Shown here piece after piece: positions 44,520-52,841 of a stretch of DNA of 56,353 bases. Source of the DNA: Lachnospiraceae bacterium (lineage in GTDB: Bacteria > Bacillota > Clostridia > Lachnospirales > Lachnospiraceae); the NCBI GenBank assembly GCA_045640845.1, contig JAZUFV010000079.1:1-56353 (forward strand). The letters are read 5' to 3'. The first letter of the stretch is position 1, and every line of letters starts with the position of its first letter. The translations under genes were made by a program, and so were the position numbers. The notes under the pieces were generated by a model, which saw nothing but the letters and a program-made list of their open reading frames with translations, was not told the origin of the DNA and did not search any database.

Positions 44520-46692
44520 GAACAGACCTGCCCGCCTTCTGGCGATATTCCGAAGGTGTGCAGTCAACATTTTTTTTGAAGTTGCGTGAAAATGTCACGA
44601 CATTGCAATAACCTGTTGACTCAGCGATTTCAATAATGGTTTTATTGGTACTTGCCAGAAGTTCCTTGGCTTTGTCAATCCTGTGCTTGTGTATGTATTC
44701 AACGACAGTCATATGGATTTCCTGCCTGAAAAGTCTTGAAAGGTACTGCACACTTACATTTGCAGCCTCTGCAACATCCGGAACACTGAGGGAAACATTG
44801 GAAAGCTGATTTTCAATAAATTCGCAGGCCTTCGATACAACTGAATCATTTTCAAGATATGAGTCAAGTACGTCCAGATACTCATGCGCCGCTTCGCTGA
44901 GACCTGCCACGGTATTTTCATCGGTTATTTTACGTTTATATGCATCCAGTGCCGCCATGTCCATTTTCTGAGGAGCCGGGACTTCGCAAAGCACAGTTGC
45001 TATTGTTTTCATTCTGGCACTTGCCATTTCGTAATCTTTACCTATAGACGCAATATTATCATTCAGGATCGTATCTACCATAGCCGCAGCAAGATCATAT
45101 TTGTGCATTAGCAGTGTATTAAGCAGCGTCTGGACCTGTTTCAGAAATTCTCCCTTTAAGAGAACCTCCGGCTGGTTCTTCAGCTGTGCAGCTGTTGCTA
45201 TGCGTGTCCGACTGCCGACTGCATGTATAAATTCGGATGTTGTCTGTGCCTGCCTGAAAGCTTCCGGAATATTAATCAGGGAATCAACCGGCTCCGAAAT
45301 GCTGCAGCGGAAGTCACAGCCATAATCGTTCATTGTTATTTCTGCTGCTTTTTTCACGGCTGAAAGTATTTCGTCGGCTGTCATATTTTCATCCCGGCTT
45401 GTAATGATTGCCCCATATGCGGCATCGTTAGTAAAAACGACGGCAGCTGCTCTGCCCTCAAGCATGTTATTGATTGCAGCATTGATAATGATACATGCGA
45501 AATCGTGACTCATGGCAGGGTTTACAATTCCTGTATCAGTAACGTTAATGTCAAGCACAAAGAACTTCCCCGCATCAGCATCCAATCCGAGGGAGTCTAT
45601 AAATTCCTTTTCAAACTGAGGATTGAAATTGCCCTTTATAAGGGATCTTAAATTTTTGAACCTAAGCTGCCGACTGTAATCAAGATGTTCCTGTTTGTAA
45701 TTTTCAATTGCCGCCTCAACAGAAGCCAGAACAGACTTTTCTTCAGCTTTTTCATTTGGATGCGGAAGGCCCTCAATCAGGCCGTTCAGAAATTCAGTTT
45801 CCTGCTTTCTTACTCTTATTGTGTGAATAACGGCGAATATCAGAACCGTCAGGAAGTAAATTCCCATTGCCAGAAGCGTTATATAAAGCGGTCTGTAAAA
45901 TGAGTTTTTTGAAAGGCCCACCAGGTATGTGTAATTTTCATCCTCTGTTGTAAAAATTGCTGCGGGTTCTCCGATTATGCTGCTGACTCCCTCCTCGCTT
46001 TTGTAATCCGCATCGGGCTTCAGCATCATTTCTGATGAAAGCATAAATTCGTCATTGTAAACGCAGCAGAAGTCAACTGTATTCGCCACCAGCGAACGGA
46101 GGTACATAGTCTTATTAAGTGTAACAATGATGGTGGCCTTATCGTGATTCTCTTCACCAGTTACTTTTGATACATAGAACGGAACTGCGGAAGTGCCATC
46201 CGCCACATCGAATCCCGGTTCTAAATCATAACCTTCAAGGTCTTTCGGAGTATTTGAAGCGTGCGAAACTCCCTGCTGACTGAAAATGACCCTGAAGGAA
46301 TCATATTTATAACTGGCTTTGGAGGTATATGTTTTTTCCAGATCCGGGCAGATAACTATAGCCTCATTTACATAAGGCATCTTACTGACCTGCCCATACA
46401 ATAAGGAAGAAATTTCTTTGTCATCCTCACCTGTCAGCCTGTCACTTGTTACAAGGGAAACAAACGTGCGGTTTTCCAGCAGATTGTCGCTTACAATTTT
46501 CATTTCATTCAGAGCAGCCTGCGACTGGACATAAAACTTTTCCGCCGACAGATTTCCGGTTTTCATCAGCTGCCTGTTCACTATAATAAATATGAGGATA
46601 GTAAGAACCAGGAACAACGCTAAAGGCACAACAATCAAAGGCAAATAAAAATGCCGCATAGGAGAGTTTTTATCTTTCCATTTTTTTGTCAT
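44506..46692 (-). CDS. Membrane-anchored AraC-family transcriptional regulator with an extracytoplasmic sensor domain
   Basis: TM helices at about aa 15-38 and 265-290 bracket a domain of about 225 aa. The C-terminal AraC HTH pair reads ...VSVQYLSRLFRQE...IIEIAESTGYCNVVTFSRNFKK.... The 3' end overlaps the convergent permease gene by 14 nt. Confidence 0.85.
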   Translation of the reverse strand: MTKKWKDKNSPMRHFYLPLIVVPLALFLVLTILIFIIVNRQLMKTGNLSAEKFYVQSQAALNEMKIVSDNLLENRTFVSLVTSDRLTGEDDKEISSLLYGQVSKMPYVNEAIVICPDLEKTYTSKASYKYDSFRVIFSQQGVSHASNTPKDLEGYDLEPGFDVADGTSAVPFYVSKVTGEENHDKATIIVTLNKTMYLRSLVANTVDFCCVYNDEFMLSSEMMLKPDADYKSEEGVSSIIGEPAAIFTTEDENYTYLVGLSKNSFYRPLYITLLAMGIYFLTVLIFAVIHTIRVRKQETEFLNGLIEGLPHPNEKAEEKSVLASVEAAIENYKQEHLDYSRQLRFKNLRSLIKGNFNPQFEKEFIDSLGLDADAGKFFVLDINVTDTGIVNPAMSHDFACIIINAAINNMLEGRAAAVVFTNDAAYGAIITSRDENMTADEILSAVKKAAEITMNDYGCDFRCSISEPVDSLINIPEAFRQAQTTSEFIHAVGSRTRIATAAQLKNQPEVLLKGEFLKQVQTLLNTLLMHKYDLAAAMVDTILNDNIASIGKDYEMASARMKTIATVLCEVPAPQKMDMAALDAYKRKITDENTVAGLSEAAHEYLDVLDSYLENDSVVSKACEFIENQLSNVSLSVPDVAEAANVSVQYLSRLFRQEIHMTVVEYIHKHRIDKAKELLASTNKTIIEIAESTGYCNVVTFSRNFKKNVDCTPSEYRQKAGRSVPTPY

Positions 46693-46956
46693 AAGCTGTC
46701 CTGCCTTGATGGTAATAAGAACTTCTTAGCCCGGTAATTATAACACTGTAAATTTGAAAAAAGATACCACTGTGGTTAAATTGTGTGGCAGTTTCAATTT
46801 TGTTTCTATGTTAAAGTCACAATGACTGTTCAATTTGCGGTAGGATGTACCTGATATGAAAATCTGTTTACGAAATGTGGTTTTTCAAAAAATATTACGC
46901 AAAGTATAATCCCTAAAAACGGGGAAAGCTCCGTTTACTTCAAAGGAGGAAAAGAC

Positions 46957-48651
46957 ATGAAAAAATTAGTAGCCATTTTGCTTACTCTCGCAATGGCAGT
47001 TACCCTGCTTTCCGCATGCGGCAGCAGCGCACCTGCACAGGAGACCGAAGCAGAAAAAACTGAGGCAGAAGTTGTTGAACAGACAACTGTTGACTCTCAG
47101 GCTGAGATGGAAGAACTGGCAAAATACCAGCTTCCTGCAGAAAGAGCTCCTAAGGGGGAGTACTTTGGAGATCTTATCACTGTTGCTGTATCCAGCGGCG
47201 CTACATCTTTTGACCCTATGACAAGGGGCGGCGGTTTCGGTATTGCCGTAAACACATTTGAAAAACTTGCAAATGTTGATTCTGCCGGAAATTTCAAGCT
47301 TCTCATGGCTAAGAGCATCACTAAGGTTGATGATGTTACCTATGATATTGAACTTTGGGATTTCATCACTGACACAGCCGGAAACAACATCACAGCAGAA
47401 GATGCAAAGTGGTCCTGCGACACATGGGTTGCACAGGGCAATGAAGGCGCTGTTGCAAAGCTTGACAATCTGGAAGTTACAGGCAAGTACACTCTTACAT
47501 GGCACTGCAAAGAGCCTTTCACAGTAGGCGAGTATGAGAAACAGCTTTCAAACTTCTCAATTTTCTCACAGAAAGCTTATGAAGAAGATCCAGACCATAT
47601 GGCATCAAATCCTATTGCAACCGGTCCTTACAAGCTTAAAGAGTTCATGGAAGGTTCTTATGCAATCTATGAAGCAAATGAGGATTACTGGTACTGGAAC
47701 ATTGAAGATGATGAATGGCTTATCGCTAATGACGGCATCGCTTCATATCAGAACTTTAAGGAAATCCGTGCCGACATCATCAGCGATGCTTCAGCAAGAG
47801 CTATCGCCCTTGAGAACGGCGCAGTTGATGCCTGCAGCCAGCTTAACGCTACAGATGTTGCAAACTATGTAGCTAATCCAAATATGGGTCTTTCACCTAT
47901 CGACATTCCGGTTAACCCTCCTGTAGCATTCTATTTCAACTGCGCAGAGGGAGCTCCTTGCTCAGACATCAACCTGAGAAAGGCCATCTGCTATGCTATC
48001 GACAGCAAGGGCGTTGCAGAAGGACTTGATGTTCCTGCATACCAGGTATTCGGTATCCAGCCAAGAATGTATGACGCTCCTGCAAACTGGACAACAGGCG
48101 AAGGAAGAGATTACTACAACTACGATCCGGCAAAGGCTAAAGAATATCTTGATAAGTCAAACTATAACGGTGAAGAACTTGTTGTTGAATTCTCAGATAT
48201 GGATCAGCGTCAGCCTGCATGGGTTCTGATCCAGGCACAGCTTAAGGAAGTCGGAATCAACCTCAGCCTTCATATGGTCGAAAGAGCTACAGAGACTCCT
48301 GTAAACGTATTCACCGGCTGGGATATGAAGTCCGATACATTCGGCGGCGGCTCATATGTAGCCAACACAGTTAAGAGATGGTGGTCAGAAGAGCATGCCA
48401 ACGATCTTGGCGGCGGCATGAACGTTTGCGGCGTAGTTGATGAAGAGTTTGATAAGCTCTACAAAGCAGTTCTTGATGACAACACTGAAGAAAACATCAA
48501 TGCATGGGATCAGTGCTTCACATATGATAACTGCTACGGATACGCTGTATGCTGCTTCTACACTCAGACAGCCTGCAAGTCAGAATATAATGCAGCATTG
48601 TTCGGAAACCAGAACCAGCTTGCACCGGGTGCATTTACACTGGCTAAATAA
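46957..48651 (+). CDS. ABC transporter substrate-binding lipoprotein, family 5 (Opp/Dpp/Nik type)
   Basis: Lipobox LLSACGSS. 564 aa. RBS AAAGGAGGAAAAGAC-ATG. Confidence 0.9.
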   Translation: MKKLVAILLTLAMAVTLLSACGSSAPAQETEAEKTEAEVVEQTTVDSQAEMEELAKYQLPAERAPKGEYFGDLITVAVSSGATSFDPMTRGGGFGIAVNTFEKLANVDSAGNFKLLMAKSITKVDDVTYDIELWDFITDTAGNNITAEDAKWSCDTWVAQGNEGAVAKLDNLEVTGKYTLTWHCKEPFTVGEYEKQLSNFSIFSQKAYEEDPDHMASNPIATGPYKLKEFMEGSYAIYEANEDYWYWNIEDDEWLIANDGIASYQNFKEIRADIISDASARAIALENGAVDACSQLNATDVANYVANPNMGLSPIDIPVNPPVAFYFNCAEGAPCSDINLRKAICYAIDSKGVAEGLDVPAYQVFGIQPRMYDAPANWTTGEGRDYYNYDPAKAKEYLDKSNYNGEELVVEFSDMDQRQPAWVLIQAQLKEVGINLSLHMVERATETPVNVFTGWDMKSDTFGGGSYVANTVKRWWSEEHANDLGGGMNVCGVVDEEFDKLYKAVLDDNTEENINAWDQCFTYDNCYGYAVCCFYTQTACKSEYNAALFGNQNQLAPGAFTLAK

Positions 48652-48703
48652 TTGTGAAAGCTTATAATTAAAAGCTTTTTTCACAGGCACGTTAAAACGC
48701 AAT

Positions 48704-48731
48704 AAGGCCGGTCCTTTTGTGGACTGGCCTT
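48704..48731 (+). other. Intra-operon stem-loop after the binding-protein gene
   Basis: aaggccggtcc-ttttgt-ggactggcctt (11 bp, one G-U). No U-tract follows. Confidence 0.45.
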
Positions 48732-48775
48732 TCCTGTAAAACGGACTCCGCATTTTAAAATAGGAGAACTGACAT

Positions 48776-49771
48776 ATGTTACGCTATATTATAAAGAGAT
48801 TGCTTCTTACAATCCCGATAATAATTATAATCGCGATACTCATTTACGGGCTCATGTTCCTTACACCGGGTGACCCGGCAAAAATGATCCTGGGTGACGG
48901 CGCGACACAGGAAGAGCTTGATTCATACAGGGAATACCTGGGAATCAACAGACCGTTCCTTGTTCAGCTCGGTGAGTATCTTGAAAGAGTGTTCCTTCAC
49001 TTCGATTTCGGAACCTCATGGCTCTCCAGAAAGAGCATTTCCGAGGAATTTGCCGCAAGACTCCCGCGAAGCTTTGCCATAAGCTGCTACAGCCTTTTGG
49101 TAGGCGCTATCTGCGGTATTCCGCTTGGAATTCTTGCCGCTGTTAAACAGAATACGTTTGCAGATAAATTTATTTTGTTCCTTTCAAGCTTTATGCATGT
49201 TATACCGGGATATGTCTACGCACTGATACTTATCCTGATCTTCTCAGTTCAGCTTAAATGGCTGCCTTCATACGGGGCCGACAGCTGGCAATGTTATATT
49301 ATGCCTTGCCTGTGTATTTTCATAACCGGCTTTACCGGTATGTCGCGTATGACACGTTCAAGCATGCTTGAGGTCATACGTTCAGACTATGTAATGGCTG
49401 CACGCGCGCAGGGCTTCTCAAAGAAAAGTGTTAATTACCGTCACGCACTGCCAAATGCAATGATTCCTGTAATCACAAGCCTTGGCACACAGTTTTCTCA
49501 CGCACTCAGCGGTACCATGATCCTGGAAACAATCTTTTCAATTCCGGGCACAGGTACTTATATCCAGAGTGCCGTAAGCAACCGTGACGTTCCCATTGTT
49601 ACCGGTACAGTTATCATTCTGGCCATCTGGTTCTGTCTGGTAATGCTGCTTGTGGACATTCTTTATGCCGTAATGGATCCGCGTATCAAGGCCCAGTATG
49701 AAGCCCAGCAGAAGATGCGAAGCGGCAGAAGACAAAAAAGAGATCTTGGGGGAAGGGAGAGAATGCTATGA
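48776..49771 (+). CDS. Opp/Dpp-type ABC permease (OppB/DppB-like)
   Basis: MLRYIIKRLLLTIP... N-terminus and the EAA loop region VMAARAQGFSKKSVNYRHALPNAMIPV. Confidence 0.9.
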   Translation: MLRYIIKRLLLTIPIIIIIAILIYGLMFLTPGDPAKMILGDGATQEELDSYREYLGINRPFLVQLGEYLERVFLHFDFGTSWLSRKSISEEFAARLPRSFAISCYSLLVGAICGIPLGILAAVKQNTFADKFILFLSSFMHVIPGYVYALILILIFSVQLKWLPSYGADSWQCYIMPCLCIFITGFTGMSRMTRSSMLEVIRSDYVMAARAQGFSKKSVNYRHALPNAMIPVITSLGTQFSHALSGTMILETIFSIPGTGTYIQSAVSNRDVPIVTGTVIILAIWFCLVMLLVDILYAVMDPRIKAQYEAQQKMRSGRRQKRDLGGRERML

Positions 49772-50667
49772 GTAATGTGACTGTTAAAATGACTGCAGGC
49801 ATGGAAGATTCTGAAGCATTAAAAAAGCAGTCATCATTCAAGATGATGCTTAAGCGCCTTGTTTCCAACAAGCTTGCTCTTACTGGCGGAATCATTTTCC
49901 TTATCCTTGTAATAGTATCGATCCTGGCCCCGGTCATAGCTCCTTATGACTATCTGGAAGTCAGTCCGATGAATAAATATGCGCCGCCAAGCTTCGAGCA
50001 CCTCCTCGGCACCGACCAGTTCGGACGTGATATCTTCAGCCGTATCATCTGGGGCGGAAGGTACAGCCTTTCACTTGGTGTAGCCGGAACGCTGGTAAGC
50101 ACCATTATCGGAATCATCTTAGGTTCCGTGGCAGGTTACTTCGGAGGAATTGTTGATAATATCATAATGAGAATTACAGATGTTGTTCAGTGTATTCCGG
50201 CCATGCTTCTTACCATCTGTATTTCAGTTGTACTTAATCAGGGCTTCATGGCCACTGTCATAGCACTGAGTTTCGGCGGGATATGGGGAACGGCCCGAAT
50301 GCTGAGAGGACAGATTCTTTCCGTCCGGACGCTGGAATATGTTGAAGCCGCAAAAGCCACAAACAACCGTTCTATCCGTGTTATTTTCAAATACGTGCTG
50401 CCTAACTCCATCCAGCAGACCATCATAGGTGCCTGCATGGGAATAGGCGGAACCATATCCGCAGCATCAGGCCTTTCATTCCTGGGTCTGGGAATTCAGC
50501 CGCCTCTGCCTGAATGGGGCGCAATGCTGAATGACGGAAGAACATACATCAGATATTACCCGATGATGGTCATTGCTCCTTGTGTAATGATCGGTCTTAC
50601 CATCCTGGCGATCAGTCTCTTCGGTGACGGTCTCAGAGATGCAATGGACCCGAGAATGAAGAAATAA
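49768..50667 (+). CDS. Opp/Dpp-type ABC permease (OppC/DppC-like)
   Basis: 4-nt overlap with the upstream gene. HLLGTDQFGRDIFSRIIWG and YVEAAKATNNRSIRVIFKYVLPN. Confidence 0.9.
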   Translation: MSNVTVKMTAGMEDSEALKKQSSFKMMLKRLVSNKLALTGGIIFLILVIVSILAPVIAPYDYLEVSPMNKYAPPSFEHLLGTDQFGRDIFSRIIWGGRYSLSLGVAGTLVSTIIGIILGSVAGYFGGIVDNIIMRITDVVQCIPAMLLTICISVVLNQGFMATVIALSFGGIWGTARMLRGQILSVRTLEYVEAAKATNNRSIRVIFKYVLPNSIQQTIIGACMGIGGTISAASGLSFLGLGIQPPLPEWGAMLNDGRTYIRYYPMMVIAPCVMIGLTILAISLFGDGLRDAMDPRMKK

Positions 50668-50678
50668 GGAGGCCGGAC

Positions 50679-51806
50679 ATGAAGAAATCAAAAAAGAATG
50701 CTGTTCCCTTCATGAGCGAGGCGGAAAAGACAGCAAAATCCGGAATCAACGGAATGGACATTAAGCAGGTAGGCCGCGGACATCGTCAGGGATACAAAAA
50801 GGACAGCTATGACGATGATACCATCCTTCGTGTTAAAGACCTCTGGGTTGAATATACTTCCGGAACACAGCTTATAAAAGCAGTAAACGGCGTAAGCTTT
50901 GAAATTAAAAAGGGTGAATCCCTTGGCCTTGTAGGCGAGTCAGGATGCGGCAAAAGCACCATAGCAAAGGCCCTTCTCAAGATTCTGCCTGATTTTTCAA
51001 GCCGTGTATACGGTGAAATGTGGTATGAAGGCCTTGAAATGGTTAAGGCCACAGAGGAAGAAATGCTGGATATCAGAGGAAGTGAGATTTCCATGATATT
51101 CCAGGATCCTATGACGGCATTAAATCCCGTTAAGCGTGTAATTGACCAGGTATCGGCAGTAGTTAAGCTTCATAACCCGGAGCTGAGCAAGAAAGAGGCT
51201 GAGCAGATCTCCATAGACATGCTGAAAGAAGTTGGCATCAACAAGGACCGTGTACGCGAATATCCGCACCAGTTCTCAGGAGGCATGCAGCAGCGTGTTG
51301 AAGTTGCCATCGGCCTTTCATGCAAGCCGAAGCTTCTTCTGGCTGATGAGCCTACAACTGCACTTGATGTTACGATTCAGGCACAGGTCCTTGAAATGAT
51401 GAGAGACCTCATGACTGAAAAGAACACGGCGCTTCTGCTTATTACACACAACCTTGGTATTGTTGCCGAGATGTGTGACTATGTTGCCGTTCTTTACGGC
51501 GGAGAGATTGTTGAATACGGCTCAAAACGTGAAGTGTTCAAAGATCCGTGTCATCCGTATACCATAGGCCTTTTCGGTGCAATTCCGGATATGACGAGTA
51601 AGGGCGACAGGCTTACCCCTGTTGAAGGCATAATGCCTGAACCTTCGGATCTTCCTCCGGGGTGCAAATTCCACACAAGATGTCCTTATGCGACAGATAT
51701 CTGCCGTGAGGGAGACGTTCCTGTGGTTAATCTGGGCGGCACTCACACCTGTCAGTGCCACAGGATTGAAGAAGTCAGGAAGGCAAGAAAGGAGAAGCAG
51801 GCATGA
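50679..51806 (+). CDS. Opp/Dpp-type ABC ATP-binding protein (OppD-like), with an N-terminal extension of about 45 aa
   Basis: GESGCGKST, QFSGGMQQRV, LLADEPTTALD, ITHNL and a C-terminal oligopeptide-type Cys cluster (CKFHTRCPYATDIC). Confidence 0.9.
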   Translation: MKKSKKNAVPFMSEAEKTAKSGINGMDIKQVGRGHRQGYKKDSYDDDTILRVKDLWVEYTSGTQLIKAVNGVSFEIKKGESLGLVGESGCGKSTIAKALLKILPDFSSRVYGEMWYEGLEMVKATEEEMLDIRGSEISMIFQDPMTALNPVKRVIDQVSAVVKLHNPELSKKEAEQISIDMLKEVGINKDRVREYPHQFSGGMQQRVEVAIGLSCKPKLLLADEPTTALDVTIQAQVLEMMRDLMTEKNTALLLITHNLGIVAEMCDYVAVLYGGEIVEYGSKREVFKDPCHPYTIGLFGAIPDMTSKGDRLTPVEGIMPEPSDLPPGCKFHTRCPYATDICREGDVPVVNLGGTHTCQCHRIEEVRKARKEKQA

Positions 51807-52759
51807 GCACACTTATAGAGCTTCAGAATCTGGAGAAATTCTTCAAAACACCTAAGGGAATGCTGCACGCAGTTGATGACATCAGCATGAGGTTTGAAGC
51901 CGGCAAGACTATGGGTGTTGTAGGCGAATCCGGATGCGGAAAATCCACTCTTGCAAGAACTATTATCCATCTTCATGAGCCGACGGGCGGCAAAATGTTT
52001 TTTGAAGGTCAGGACATGACCCACCCGAACAAGGCTCAGATAAGAGACCTCCGAAATAAGATGCAGATCATCTTTCAGGATCCTTATATGACCCTGAACC
52101 CGAGGTATACTGTTGAAGATACGTTAAAAGAGCCATTGGTCCTTTCGGGACAATATAAGAAAGGGGAATCTCTTGACCGTGAGATCCGCCGTCTTATGGA
52201 TATGATCGGAATTTCGGGAAGACTGAGGATGTCCTATCCTCATGAGCTTTCAGGCGGACGCCGTCAGAGAGTGGGCATTGGCCGTGCTCTGGCTATGGAT
52301 CCTAAGTTCATCGCCTGCGACGAGCCTGTTGCATCACTCGACGTAAGCATTCAGGCGCAGATCATCAACCTGCTTCAGGATCTTCAGCATGACTTCGGTC
52401 TGACATATATGTTTGTAACTCACGATATGTCAGTTGTTCGTCATATTTCCCATGATATAAGTGTTATGTATCTGGGACAGCTTGTTGAAACAAGTCCTTC
52501 GCTCGAGCTTTTTGACAAGCCGCTTCACCCGTATTCCAAGGCACTTTTAAGTGCAATACCTACAGTGGATATTGACCATCCGAAGGAAAGGATTAAGCTT
52601 AAAGGTGAGCTGGTAAGTCCGATCAATCCTGAACCGGGATGCCGTTTTGCCCCGAGATGTATTTATGCAACGGAGGCATGCAATAAGCCTCAGACATTGC
52701 GTGAGATCCTTCCGGGCCACTTTGTATCATGCTGCAGGGTTGAAGAGATAAATAAATGA
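51803..52759 (+). CDS. Opp/Dpp-type ABC ATP-binding protein (OppF-like)
   Basis: GESGCGKST, ELSGGRRQRVGIGRAL, IACDEPVASLD, VTHDM and CRFAPRCIYATEAC. 4-nt overlap with the upstream gene. Confidence 0.9.
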   Translation: MSTLIELQNLEKFFKTPKGMLHAVDDISMRFEAGKTMGVVGESGCGKSTLARTIIHLHEPTGGKMFFEGQDMTHPNKAQIRDLRNKMQIIFQDPYMTLNPRYTVEDTLKEPLVLSGQYKKGESLDREIRRLMDMIGISGRLRMSYPHELSGGRRQRVGIGRALAMDPKFIACDEPVASLDVSIQAQIINLLQDLQHDFGLTYMFVTHDMSVVRHISHDISVMYLGQLVETSPSLELFDKPLHPYSKALLSAIPTVDIDHPKERIKLKGELVSPINPEPGCRFAPRCIYATEACNKPQTLREILPGHFVSCCRVEEINK

Positions 52760-52841
52760 GAAAGGCTGATACCCAGCCTGACATCTCTCCTGGTGGGGCT
52801 GTGGAAACGCAGCCCCAATTGTAAAATTGAAAGGAAGTTAA